Position numbers and translations under genes: made by a program. The notes beneath the pieces were generated by a model. That model worked only from the letters and a program-made list of their open reading frames with translations. It was not told the origin of the DNA and did not search any database. Source: a virus. Taken from it: a stretch of DNA of 64,000 nucleotides. This document shows, one piece after another, positions 53,775 to 62,939 of this stretch (the stretch's first letter is position 1; every line of letters begins with the position of its first letter). The DNA lies in the IMG/VR virus record IMGVR_UViG_2551306471_000001, positions 2,242 through 66,241 of that record. The stretch is one strand, 5' to 3'.

Positions 53775-54049
53775 TGTCGACCCTCGCGATCCTCGCCGTC
53801 TCGGCGTGCGCCCTCATCGGGTGGTGCGCCCTCGTCCAGGCTGTCCGGGAGGTCCTTCTCGCCCGGGCGCAGCCCCCAGCCTGCCCCTGCCGTGACCTCA
53901 CCTCCCTGACGCTGACCCCTGGGACCGTCGTCGAGCTCCCGCCCGGGACGAAGGCGGTGGACCTGGCCACGCGGTTCGGCACCACCGGCGTCGAGGAAGT
54001 CCAGGCCGCCTTCGGCGACGTCGCCCGCACCCTCAGGAAGGGGCACTGA
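53774..54049 (+). CDS. Small membrane protein with tape-measure-like C-terminus
   Basis: N-terminal TM helix; C-terminal TRFGTTGVEEVQAAFG. Confidence 0.6.
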   Translation: MSTLAILAVSACALIGWCALVQAVREVLLARAQPPACPCRDLTSLTLTPGTVVELPPGTKAVDLATRFGTTGVEEVQAAFGDVARTLRKGH

Positions 54050-54471
54050 TGATGGACGCCAGGAAGCTCGGCATCCGAGCCCTCAGCCTGCTGCCGTACT
54101 GCCTCGTCGCGGTGGCCTTCGGTTCCGTCTGGCCTGCCGTGACGCTCCTGCTCGCCCGGTACGCCGCGACCCTGCTGACGGCCGGGACGGCCCTCGCGGT
54201 CATCGTCGTTCGCCTTTCCCCAGTGGATCGCATGGCCCTGGACCTGATCTCGGACGGGGATCTCATCAATCGGGCTCTGAGGTCCATGCTCACCGTCCCG
54301 GCCCTGCTGGCTCATCACGCCATCAGGGCATGGCTGGTCTGGATGCTCTCGGCCCCGTCCTACGCGGTGGAGATGCTGGCCTTCATCCTCGTGCTGTCGA
54401 CCCTGCAGCTCGGGCGCGTCGCGATCTTCGGAATGCCGCCCCTCCCACCGAGGTTCGCCGACCGTGCTTGA
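54049..54471 (+). CDS. Multi-TM membrane protein
   Basis: Hydrophobic throughout; coupled. Confidence 0.55.
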   Translation: MMDARKLGIRALSLLPYCLVAVAFGSVWPAVTLLLARYAATLLTAGTALAVIVVRLSPVDRMALDLISDGDLINRALRSMLTVPALLAHHAIRAWLVWMLSAPSYAVEMLAFILVLSTLQLGRVAIFGMPPLPPRFADRA

Positions 54472-54844
54472 CCTGGCGCTCGCCCTCGTCGTCACGCCCG
54501 CCGGAATTGCGGCGCTCGTCGCCATGGCGGCCGCCGGGCTCGCGGTGGTCTACGCCCCGCGTCTGGCCGTCCCGGTCGCGCTGGTCGCGGTGATCCTCGT
54601 CGGGGTCGCCTACGTCACCCGGCTCCGGGACGAGGTCGCCTCGACCCGCCGGGAGCGCGACGAGGCCCGCGAGCTCGCCGAGGTCCGCGGCCGGGCGGTC
54701 TCCGCCCTGCAGGGCGAGCACCAGGCCAGCGCCAAGCGGAACCGGGCGACGGCGGCCGCCCACGACCGCATCCGACGCGCCCCGGCATCCGACGACGGCC
54801 CGCTCGCCCCCGTGCTCCGGGACGCCCTGGAGGCCGGACAGTGA
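54464..54844 (+). CDS. Inner-membrane spanin (Rz-like)
   Basis: N-terminal TM, coiled coil, C-terminal DDGPLAPVLRDAL. Confidence 0.75.
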   Translation: MLDLALALVVTPAGIAALVAMAAAGLAVVYAPRLAVPVALVAVILVGVAYVTRLRDEVASTRRERDEARELAEVRGRAVSALQGEHQASAKRNRATAAAHDRIRRAPASDDGPLAPVLRDALEAGQ

Positions 54845-55077
54845 CCCGCATCCTCGCCGTCGGGCTGTTAGCACTCTCCCTCGGCGGCTGCCAGCACGCC
54901 GCCGGTCCCCTTGCCGAGATCCCGGACGAGCTCCTCACCTGCTCGGGCGCGCCCGCCTGGCGCCGTGGCGGGACGCAGCGGGACGCCGCCGGGCACGTCG
55001 TCGACCTCCGGGCCGCGCACGCGGACTGCCGCGGCAAGCTCGGCGCGGTCCGGGCCATCGCGAGGCCGGGCCCATGA
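54841..55077 (+). CDS. Outer-membrane spanin lipoprotein (Rz1-like)
   Basis: Lipobox LGGC; P..LL.C...P and DC..KL motifs. Confidence 0.8.
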   Translation: MTRILAVGLLALSLGGCQHAAGPLAEIPDELLTCSGAPAWRRGGTQRDAAGHVVDLRAAHADCRGKLGAVRAIARPGP

Positions 55078-55335
55078 CGCCGGCCGCGGGGCTCGTGGCC
55101 CTCTACTGCCTCGCGGCCGCCCCGGCGCCCGTCGTCGGCTCGGACGTCCACCGCGCCCTCCGGGGCCAGGCCGTCGCCGCGGCCCCCGCTCGGGAGACCG
55201 TCGCCGATGCCGCCCGGAGCGCGGCCGCCCGCCACCACCGGAGCCGCCGATGACCGCCGCGACCGCATTCATCGTCGGGTTCCTGATCGGGCTCTGCCTC
55301 GCCGACCTTCCGCCGCGCCCCCCGTGGAGATCCGC

Positions 55336-55506
55336 ATGACCGAGGCCGCCCGCGCCGTCGTCGAGGCCGCCCGCGAGCTCGTGCGGAGCCGGCGCTGGGC
55401 CATGGAGCTCCCGCCGGACCGGCCGCTGCCGTCCCGCCTGGAGGACGCACTGGAGAAGGCGGTCGCCGCCCTCGACGCCGCGGATGCCGACCGTGCCCGG
55501 GGCTGA
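55336..55506 (+). CDS. Small hypothetical protein
   Basis: MTEAARAVVEAARELV...; GGAGA RBS. Confidence 0.45.
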   Translation: MTEAARAVVEAARELVRSRRWAMELPPDRPLPSRLEDALEKAVAALDAADADRARG

Positions 55507-55705
55507 TCCCTGCCGCCGGGCGCTGACGCCCACCGAGGAGGCCGCGCTGTTCGCCCGGGACGCCATTCGGGCCGCCCGGCACGTCATGTCCGGAAATCCG
55601 GCGGGACCGGAGGACGCCGCCTATCTCGCCGTCTACGCCATGCTCGCCGCGACCGCCCTCAGCCAGGGGGATGCCCGGGAGCCGGCGGGCGAGGATGCGG
55701 GTTGA
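55484..55705 (+). CDS. Small hypothetical protein
   Basis: ORF track, 73 aa. Confidence 0.45.
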   Translation: MPTVPGADPCRRALTPTEEAALFARDAIRAARHVMSGNPAGPEDAAYLAVYAMLAATALSQGDAREPAGEDAG

Positions 55706-55852
55706 GCCCCGACCCCTGCGGGGGGGCGTCGGCTCAGGCGACGCCCTCGGCGCGCGAAGTCCCGACCGCCGGAAAGTCGGCACCCCCCTTCCGGGATGGT
55801 TAACGAATCGCTTTAATCACGTGCAGCCCGTTGAAGGGTCGGCCCCCGGCCG

Positions 55853-56761
55853 GTGGTGAGACACCGCGCCGAGGACCTCACTCCAGACCCGGATGGTCCC
55901 GTGTCCGAAGCTGCGCAGAACCGTAACACGTCCCTGGCCCCCAGTCCCGTCGTCGATGTCATCGACGGGGCGGCGGTCGCCGACACCCGCGACATCGCGG
56001 CCTTCTTCAACAAGAGCCACAAGGCGGTGCTCGTCGCCGTGCGCACCGCGGTCGTGCGGCGCCCCGAACTGCTTGGGCGCAAAATTGTGCCGATGTTCGA
56101 CGCCGTCGAGATCGGCAACGGCGCCTCCCGCGAGGTCCTGGCCTACCGCCTCGACCGGGACGCGTTCTCCCTCATCGTCATGGGATTCACCGGCGAGCGG
56201 GCTTTCCAGTGGAAGGTCGACTACATCGAGGCCTTCAACCGCATGGAGGAGAGGCTCCGCCAGACGCAGGCCCAGCCGTTCGACCCGAACGACCCGGCCG
56301 CCCTGCGGCACCTGCTCATCGGCTACTCCGAGCAGCTCCTCCTCGCCCGGGCCGAGACCGCCGAGGTCAAGCGCGAGCTCGTCGTCGTCCAGGCGGTCGT
56401 CGAGGAGCAGCAGCCGAAGGTCGACGCCTACCACGCCTTCCTCGACGACGAGGGCCTGTGCAACCTGCGCACCGCGGCGCGCTTCTGCGACGCCGCGAGC
56501 CAGCTCTTCATCGACTGGATGAAGGACAAGGGCTACGTCATCCGCGAGAACGGCGACCTCCAGCCGTCCGCCGGGATGCGTCGCGACGGCTACATGAAGC
56601 TGCGGGCGAGGCCCGACGCCAACGGCAAGATGCGCGGCCAGGCACTGGTCACCCGCGCCGGCTTGGGATGGCTGCGCCAGCGCTGGTCCGTCGGCCCCGG
56701 CAAGGTCATCGCCCTGCAGGCCGCAGTCGCCGCGAGGCAGGGCGAATTCCCCGGCATTTGA
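55853..56761 (+). CDS. Rha-family regulator fused to antirepressor KilA-C domain
   Basis: DIAAFFNKSHKAVL...LDRDAFSLIVMGFTGERAFQWKVDYIEAFNRME (Rha); QPKVDAY...VTRAGLGWL (ANT). Confidence 0.9.
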   Translation: MVRHRAEDLTPDPDGPVSEAAQNRNTSLAPSPVVDVIDGAAVADTRDIAAFFNKSHKAVLVAVRTAVVRRPELLGRKIVPMFDAVEIGNGASREVLAYRLDRDAFSLIVMGFTGERAFQWKVDYIEAFNRMEERLRQTQAQPFDPNDPAALRHLLIGYSEQLLLARAETAEVKRELVVVQAVVEEQQPKVDAYHAFLDDEGLCNLRTAARFCDAASQLFIDWMKDKGYVIRENGDLQPSAGMRRDGYMKLRARPDANGKMRGQALVTRAGLGWLRQRWSVGPGKVIALQAAVAARQGEFPGI

Positions 56762-56843
56762 GGCATCCCCCTAATCAGTAGCGAAGGCCCCTTCGCTACA
56801 AGCCGGCCGGCCGCATCCACGCGGCCGGCCCCGGCGGCTACGC

Positions 56844-57431
56844 ATGAGAGGGAGGCCCGACGTGGCCGAGGCAGAGAACATCAACATCGTCGACGTCGAG
56901 GAATACATCGCCACGGCCGTCGCCCGGGAGCGCCGGGCCGACGAGAAGAGCGCCTTCCGGGAGCGGCACGCCGCCGCCGAGGCCGCCCTGAGGGCCAGGC
57001 GCGCCGAGGTCGAGGAGCGGGCCGCCCTGCGCCGGGCCGCCGGAAATCCGGCGGATGCCGCGGGCGGCAACGGAGGGCCCGGGCTCGAACTCCCGCCGTC
57101 CTACGACGCGCTGGAGCGCATCGGACGCGTCGTCTACGGCGACCACTGGGAGGGGAAGCTGGCGGCGGACATCGGGGAGCAGGATCGCACGATCCGGCGC
57201 TGGCGCGCGGGCGAGGCAGCGACGACGCCCGAGGCTATGGCCGCGGCGCGGCTGTGGGCCATCGAGGCCGCCGCGGGGCTCCTCGCCGCGGCGGGCGAGG
57301 AGGATCTCGCCGGCGAGGTGCGGGCCCGGGAGCAGTCCATGCGCCTCCGGAACGCCGAGCGCGCCGCCGCCCGGCACGCGGCCAACGTCGCGAAGGCCAA
57401 GGCCGCGGCAGCCGCGAAGGCCGGGACCTAG
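56844..57431 (+). CDS. XRE-like HTH protein with coiled coils
   Basis: IGRVVYGDHWEGKLAADIGEQDRTIRRWRAG. Confidence 0.65.
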   Translation: MRGRPDVAEAENINIVDVEEYIATAVARERRADEKSAFRERHAAAEAALRARRAEVEERAALRRAAGNPADAAGGNGGPGLELPPSYDALERIGRVVYGDHWEGKLAADIGEQDRTIRRWRAGEAATTPEAMAAARLWAIEAAAGLLAAAGEEDLAGEVRAREQSMRLRNAERAAARHAANVAKAKAAAAAKAGT

Positions 57432-57853
57432 TCGCCCGAGGAGAGGTCCCCAACGCCGCGCCGGGGGCACTCCGCGATGCCGTCCATCTCGCCGTAGAGC
57501 GCCAGGTTCTCGGGGGCCGCGGCGTCCTGGGACACGATGAAAGAGCCGCACCGCCCGTCGGGCAGGTCCCACCGCCCGCCGAATCCGGGCATCCGCGCGC
57601 GGGTGCTCGTGCCGGTGCCCACGACGCGGCTGACGACGCGCCCGGTGCGGGGATCCTCGAACCCGCACTCGACGCGGACCCGCCACGTGGACCGCCCGGC
57701 GGGCTCGGCGTCGACGTAGCCGTACCGCCGGAGGCCTCCCGGAGCCGGCTCCGTGACGGCCCAGCGCCACCCGCTGTCGAAGCCCGGCCAGAGCTCTGTC
57801 GCGAGCGCCGGGGCAGGAATGGCGACCAGCGCGACAAGGATCAGCGTTCGCAT
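57428..57853 (-). CDS. Secreted small protein, paralogue of 8503-8868
   Basis: Signal peptide; WRVRVECGFEDPRTGR; ends DLSSGD. Confidence 0.7.
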   Translation of the reverse strand: MRTLILVALVAIPAPALATELWPGFDSGWRWAVTEPAPGGLRRYGYVDAEPAGRSTWRVRVECGFEDPRTGRVVSRVVGTGTSTRARMPGFGGRWDLPDGRCGSFIVSQDAAAPENLALYGEMDGIAECPRRGVGDLSSGD

Positions 57854-57865
57854 TCTGAGTGTCCT

Positions 57866-58201
57866 TCAGGAGGGATTGAGGGCCCACGCCGAGCCGTCCG
57901 CTTCAAGCCAGACGGCCTCGGCGCGGGAGATGACGGCGCCCGTGTCCCGGCGCCGGAAGCCGGGCTCGCTCAGGCGGTACCCGATGCGGACGGCGGGCCG
58001 CGGGCGCGGCCTTTCGAGGGGCGTCCCCGCCACCCAGGCATGGGCGTCCCGGGTGCCCGACCGCAGGCACCGGAGGCGGGACGCCTCCGAAGCCCGGAAC
58101 CGGCAGTCTGACAGGGCCAGGGCGGGCACGTGGGCGACGACGAGGCCGCGCACGCGGACCGACCAGCACCGCCTGACGCGGTTGTAGTAGGCCTGCGTCA
58201 G
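57866..58201 (-). CDS. Conserved phage hypothetical protein, paralogue of 9715-10056
   Basis: YYNRVRRCWSVRVRGLVVAHVPALALSD; start codon uncertain (CTG at the equivalent position). Confidence 0.65.
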   Translation of the reverse strand: MTQAYYNRVRRCWSVRVRGLVVAHVPALALSDCRFRASEASRLRCLRSGTRDAHAWVAGTPLERPRPRPAVRIGYRLSEPGFRRRDTGAVISRAEAVWLEADGSAWALNPS

Positions 58202-58413
58202 AGCGTCGGGAGCGGCGAGAAGCACAGCGCGACCGCCTCCGCCTCGCGGGCCATCCGGATGGCGTCCGTCCGGCTGATGCGCCCCGCGGCGTCGAGGGCG
58301 ATGACGCGCTCGATGCGGATCATCGCGGCGATGCCGACGAGGCCGCAGACACGCCGGGACGTCCACGCGGTGCGGACGCCGTCGCGGATGGCGTGGAGAT
58401 CCTCAGGCTGCAT
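58198..58413 (-). CDS. Small hypothetical protein, paralogue of 10049-10279
   Basis: Shared motifs with 10049-10279. Confidence 0.65.
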   Translation of the reverse strand: MQPEDLHAIRDGVRTAWTSRRVCGLVGIAAMIRIERVIALDAAGRISRTDAIRMAREAEAVALCFSPLPTL

Positions 58414-58603
58414 CGGAGGCCTCCCCCGTCTCGGCCTGGGCGGGCGCCGCGGGGAGCGCGTCGCGGATGGCTCGGACCGCCTCGACGACGGCCAGGGCGT
58501 CCACGCCGTGGAGCTCGCCCGCCATGGCCCAGCGGGCCACGTTGAGCCCGAGCACCCCGAGTTGCTGGCGACGGAGGGCGAAGTCGGTGTCGTTCTGCTG
58601 CAT
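58403..58603 (-). CDS. Small hypothetical protein
   Basis: MQQNDTDFALRRQQL...; GAGGGAGG RBS. Confidence 0.6.
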   Translation of the reverse strand: MQQNDTDFALRRQQLGVLGLNVARWAMAGELHGVDALAVVEAVRAIRDALPAAPAQAETGEASDAA

Positions 58604-58614
58604 GATCCCCTCCC

Positions 58615-60258
58615 TCAGTTGGCCAGCTTCGGATCGGACCGGAGCGCGACGAGGCGTTCGATGGCCCGGCGCAGCGGTCGCATCGAGCCCCCCTGCCAGC
58701 CCTGCAGCGCCCGGAGCTCGGACGCATCCAGATCGGGCGTCCAGGCCGGGTCCAGACCGCCCTCCCGGCGCATCGCCCGGAGGATGCCGCGGGCGACGAC
58801 GGGGAGGTCCTGGCGCCGCGGGGCGGGCCACTGGATGACCGTGAACCGGTCGAGGAGCGGCCCCCGCAGCGGCTCCGTGCCGTTCGCCGTCGCCAGGAAA
58901 CTCACGCCCGAAAGGTCGCAGGCAGCCTCCAGCGCCGGGTCGTGATAGGCGTGCCGCCGCGTCGGTTCGATCATCGCGAGAATGGCCGAATGGTGCGACC
59001 CGTTGTGGTCCGAGCGGGCGCACTTATCGAGCTCGTCGTGGATCGAGCATACGGTCATGCAGCGTTCGGCCAGGATCTGCTGGGCGGCGCCGTTCAGCCG
59101 GGTAGTCGACCAAGCCCGGGACGTGCCACCCCACTGCCCATCTGCCAGCCCCCCGCACGGTACGACCGTCGTCGGCAGGCCGAGCATTTCGGCGATGGCG
59201 ACCGCAGCCTCGGTCTTGCCTGTGCCCTGCGCTCCGACGAGCAGGTACGGGGGCAGCACGACGCGGTCCCGGCCGACGAGCGGCGAGAGCATGCGGGCGA
59301 TCTCGGCGGTGGCCCAGGGCATGCCCTCGGCGAGCCGCTCGCGGACCTCGGCGAGGTCGGGAACGGGGACCGACCGGAGGGGCTGTGTGGCCGTCAGCCT
59401 GTAGTCCTTGAGGGGGCCGCCCTTGAGATGATCCAGGCTGCCGGACACGAGCGGGCGAAGCGCCGGGCCGGCCGTCGGCGCCGAGGTGTCCGGGGCCGCG
59501 GGGGCGATACTCTTCGCCAGCTTCGCCGAGGGCCGCAGCGGCTTGCGACGCAGGGGGCCAGGACGCTCCAGGTCCATGAAGTCGAAGTCGTCGTGCGGGA
59601 GGTCCTGGCCGATGTCGTCGACGATGGCCGCGGTCGCGGCCTCGTGGAGCAGCACGACCTCGGTCGCCATCGACAGGCGCTGCCGGGCGATGAGCCGGGA
59701 CGGCAGCCGCGGGATCGGGCCGTAGTCGTCGGGCTCGTCCGCGCCGCGCCCGTCCGTCGCGACGTGCAGCGCCTCCGTGAGCGTCACCCAGAGCTCGTAG
59801 TGCACGAGGGAGCTGTGGTTGCCGGCGAGCAGCAGCGCGAACGCCTTCCGGACGGCCATCCGGGCGCCGACGCGGTCGCCCGCGATCATCAGGAGCACCG
59901 CCGCGTGGTCGCGCCACTGCTGGTGCGCCATCCGGGCGGCGGGCCACTCGGCCTCGTCCCGGGCGACGGCGTCGCAGGCGCAGGCGAGCCGGCGGAGGCG
60001 CTGCAGGCTGGGCTCCCGGCGGACGCCCTCCAGCGCCTCCCGGACCTCGTGCCTGAGCGGGTGGTTCCGCGGCGCCGCGAGGGCCGCCTCGGCCGCCGCG
60101 GCGGCCTGATCCAGGACGTCGCCGGGCTCGGCGCCCTGGTAGAGCTCGTCGAGGGTCAGGACGTGGTCGTGGGGGCGTGTTTGGGCTGCCCGGTCTGCGG
60201 CGAGGATCTCGGCGCGCATCTCCGCGACAGCCGCCTCGAAAGGCTGCTTGGTCATCAT
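58615..60258 (-). CDS. Lon-like AAA+ ATPase without protease domain
   Basis: GAQGTGKT, IHDELDK, YHDPALEAACDLSGVSFLATAN and PLLDRF motifs. Confidence 0.85.
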   Translation of the reverse strand: MMTKQPFEAAVAEMRAEILAADRAAQTRPHDHVLTLDELYQGAEPGDVLDQAAAAAEAALAAPRNHPLRHEVREALEGVRREPSLQRLRRLACACDAVARDEAEWPAARMAHQQWRDHAAVLLMIAGDRVGARMAVRKAFALLLAGNHSSLVHYELWVTLTEALHVATDGRGADEPDDYGPIPRLPSRLIARQRLSMATEVVLLHEAATAAIVDDIGQDLPHDDFDFMDLERPGPLRRKPLRPSAKLAKSIAPAAPDTSAPTAGPALRPLVSGSLDHLKGGPLKDYRLTATQPLRSVPVPDLAEVRERLAEGMPWATAEIARMLSPLVGRDRVVLPPYLLVGAQGTGKTEAAVAIAEMLGLPTTVVPCGGLADGQWGGTSRAWSTTRLNGAAQQILAERCMTVCSIHDELDKCARSDHNGSHHSAILAMIEPTRRHAYHDPALEAACDLSGVSFLATANGTEPLRGPLLDRFTVIQWPAPRRQDLPVVARGILRAMRREGGLDPAWTPDLDASELRALQGWQGGSMRPLRRAIERLVALRSDPKLAN

Positions 60259-60329
60259 TCGGTCCCTTGGCCGGTACGCCCCGGACGATCCGTTGGCGCA
60301 GGTTGGAGACCGTACTAGCAGGGGATTCC

Positions 60330-60905
60330 TTACTCGTCGGTTAAAGGAGGGCGCCAGCTATCCTGGTATAGGCGCTCGTTCTCGGCGGCCTCCCGCCGGG
60401 CCCGGAACGTCTCGCGCTCGGCCATGACCTCGTCGAGGACGAAGAGGGCCCGGCGGTACGTCGCGGCCGTCGCCAGGTTCCGTTCGACGATGTCGACGGC
60501 GGCCGGCCGGCCGGACGCGTGCGAGGCGGTCGTGTGGGCCTCCTGGAGCTCCACGACGCACATCAGGGCGTGTCCGAGGGCGCGCGGGTGGGCGTGCGCC
60601 GCGGCCTGTCCGAGGAACGCCAGGACGTAGTCGGGCAGCCCGTGCTTCGCGATGCGGTCCCGGGACGTCGAGCGCCGGTTGAGCTGCATGAGGCGCGCGA
60701 GGCCATTGATCCACTCGTGCCCCAGGACGCGGGTCGCGGCGTCGTCAACGGCCTCGACAAGGTCCTGGGCGACCTCGGCCTGCGTGAGCACCCGGCCGCC
60801 GGCGTGGTACTCGCGCCCGATCAGCGTGATGGGGTCCCCGTCGTATGTGCCGATGGTGGTGCCCTTGGGGGCCTGGGGCATGGGAGTGAGGACGAGGCGG
60901 GGCAT
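60330..60905 (-). CDS. HTH-like hypothetical protein, paralogue of 12200-12799
   Basis: Shared motifs with 12200-12799. Confidence 0.7.
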   Translation of the reverse strand: MPRLVLTPMPQAPKGTTIGTYDGDPITLIGREYHAGGRVLTQAEVAQDLVEAVDDAATRVLGHEWINGLARLMQLNRRSTSRDRIAKHGLPDYVLAFLGQAAAHAHPRALGHALMCVVELQEAHTTASHASGRPAAVDIVERNLATAATYRRALFVLDEVMAERETFRARREAAENERLYQDSWRPPLTDE

Positions 60906-60979
60906 GCGGGGCTCCTGACGTGCGGAAGGGCGGCCCCGGCGGGACCGCCCCGATGGTGTGCTCGCCGTGGCGTTGGGCG

Positions 60980-61264
60980 TCAGGCGTAGACGGAGCGCGG
61001 GACGACGACGAAGCGCTGCCGCTGGTGGCGCCGGTCGATGAGCAGGTGCGTCCCGTCCCAGGACCTGACGTCGATCCCGTTGCCGATGTGGGCCGGGACG
61101 TCGCCGCCGTACGTCGGCAGGTCCGCGAGGTCGAGGCCGCCCTCGGTCGTAGCGACGCCCTGGTCGCGGCAGGCCTCGGCGTAGTCCTCGACCGCATCCC
61201 AGAGGCGGAGGAGGGAGGGCGCCGCGAGGGCGCGCTCCACGGTGGTCCGGAGGGTTTGGGTCAT
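60980..61264 (-). CDS. Hypothetical protein
   Basis: LPTYGG...SWD motif; GAGGGG RBS. Confidence 0.6.
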   Translation of the reverse strand: MTQTLRTTVERALAAPSLLRLWDAVEDYAEACRDQGVATTEGGLDLADLPTYGGDVPAHIGNGIDVRSWDGTHLLIDRRHQRQRFVVVPRSVYA

Positions 61265-61274
61265 GTCCGCCCCC

Positions 61275-61697
61275 TCAGGCGCCGCGGCCGGCGTTGATGT
61301 CGGCGAGGTCGCGCTTGGCTAGGATCTTGCGCAGCGCGGCCAGCAGGGGCGTCTCGTCGAGGCGCTGGACCCTGGCGAGGGCACGCACGCCGTCGCCGTC
61401 CTGCCCGGCCAGGCACCAGTCGGCCCACTCGCGGGCGCTGGCGAACCGGCCGGCACCGTCCTCGGACGGGTCGGAGGCGAGGGCCTCGTCGGCGATGTCC
61501 CGGACGACGTCGGCCGCGGTGACGTACTCGATGGCGAGGTCGCCCTTGGCCGCCTCGACGGTCTTGCCGAGGCTGTCGGCGAGCTCGGCGTAGCTGCCGT
61601 AGCCGGCCGAGCGGGCGTACCCGTCGAGGGCCTGCTCGATGGTCTCGACCTCGAAGACCTGGCTGGCGGCGGGGGTGTCGATGCGGATGTAGGACAT
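61275..61697 (-). CDS. Hypothetical protein
   Basis: 140 aa; first gene of the leftward unit. Confidence 0.6.
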   Translation of the reverse strand: MSYIRIDTPAASQVFEVETIEQALDGYARSAGYGSYAELADSLGKTVEAAKGDLAIEYVTAADVVRDIADEALASDPSEDGAGRFASAREWADWCLAGQDGDGVRALARVQRLDETPLLAALRKILAKRDLADINAGRGA

Positions 61698-61829
61698 GGT
61701 GGTCTCGATCCCTGTGGTCGGAAGGCCCGGACGCTCCGTGGCCTCACAATGTCATATTTAGAGCGACATTAACCGAGTTGCAAGTGCTGAAACGAAAAAG
61801 GCCCGCCTAGCGGCGAGCCTCTCTCGTTC

Positions 61830-62131
61830 GCCCTCCCGTCGGGAGGTTTGCGTTCCCCGCAGTCGCGGGGATCATCCGGCTGGTCTGCCCTCCCGCGGGG
61901 GGAGGATCGCAGGTCGCCCCGAGCGAGTGGGGGCCGTCCGGGGTTGCCCTCCCGAGGGGGAGGAGTGAGACACTGGTGGGTCTGGACCCGCTTCGGTCTG
62001 GTCTGCCCCCCGCCGAAGCGTGGGACGTCACGATCATCTGGTTCCCCCGCCAGCGCCGTCAAGACCTCCAGCCACTCGCATTGTGGATAGCGAGCCCGAG
62101 GGGGAGCCTCCCGTCAGGCGGAGCGGGAGGC
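61830..62131 (+). repeat. Array of GC hairpins with about 58-nt period
   Basis: GCCCTCCCG..GGGAGG at 61830, 61887 and 61945; degenerate copies at 62005 and 62106. Confidence 0.6.
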
Positions 62132-62138
62132 GATTCGG

Positions 62139-62540
62139 ATGGGCGAGCGCGAGTTCTACTGGGTGCGGGTCAAGGGCGAGGATGCCGACGCACTGGCCGA
62201 GGTGACGACGAACGCGAAGGGCGTCCGCCACTTCATGCTGCCGGGGCGCTTCCTGCCCCGCTACGAGGGGCAGGTCGACATCGTGGCGCGCGTCTCGGCG
62301 CCGGGCGAGCCCCTCTCCCCCGGGGACGAGGCCGCCGTCCTGGATCGCGCCATTGAGCGCATGGGGTGGCCGGAAATCCGGGCGTACGAGGCCGAACTCG
62401 CCCGCGGGCAGGGCGTCGCCGAGGACGCGGGCGGCTACATGCTGCGGGCGCTCCGTCGCCTGTTCGGGCTGCCGCCGAATCGCTCGCGAATCCAGACGTA
62501 CCGGGACGCGGCGCGCGCCCTCGTCCGGAGGGCGGCCTGA
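62139..62540 (+). CDS. Hypothetical protein
   Basis: First of four coupled ORFs. Confidence 0.6.
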   Translation: MGEREFYWVRVKGEDADALAEVTTNAKGVRHFMLPGRFLPRYEGQVDIVARVSAPGEPLSPGDEAAVLDRAIERMGWPEIRAYEAELARGQGVAEDAGGYMLRALRRLFGLPPNRSRIQTYRDAARALVRRAA

Positions 62541-62938
62541 TGCTGACGGACGTAGAGCTCCAGGGCCTCGCCCGCACCGTGGCCGACCTGCCGCCGGATC
62601 AGGAACGCGCCGTCGCCGACGCGGTCGCCGAGATCCGCGCCGAGCGCGCCCGGCTGGATGAGGAGCGCCTCGCCGGCCTCCGGTCGATGACCGACCTGCA
62701 GGTGGTGACCCTGATGCGGGTGCAGGACCTCCCGGGCGAGGCGGCCGTGACGCTCCTGCGCGAGGCCGGCTTCGTCCGGGCCGCCGTCCTGGAGAAGGCC
62801 TACCGCGAGGGTTACGAGCGCGGCGCCTTTGACGCCCACACCGGCCCCGGGGCGGTGCCAACCCTGCCGGACGAGGACGACCTCGACTACGTCGCGATGC
62901 GCCGATGCGACCTCGCCGACCTGATGAAGGGGTGGTGA
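62540..62938 (+). CDS. Hypothetical protein
   Basis: MLTDVELQGLARTV...; TGATG overlap. Confidence 0.6.
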   Translation: MLTDVELQGLARTVADLPPDQERAVADAVAEIRAERARLDEERLAGLRSMTDLQVVTLMRVQDLPGEAAVTLLREAGFVRAAVLEKAYREGYERGAFDAHTGPGAVPTLPDEDDLDYVAMRRCDLADLMKGW

Positions 62939-62939
62939 C

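Noticed and set aside
61830-62131. CRISPR array
   Set aside because: Repeats are short and degenerate, spacers are themselves hairpins, and no cas genes are present; kept only as a hairpin array.
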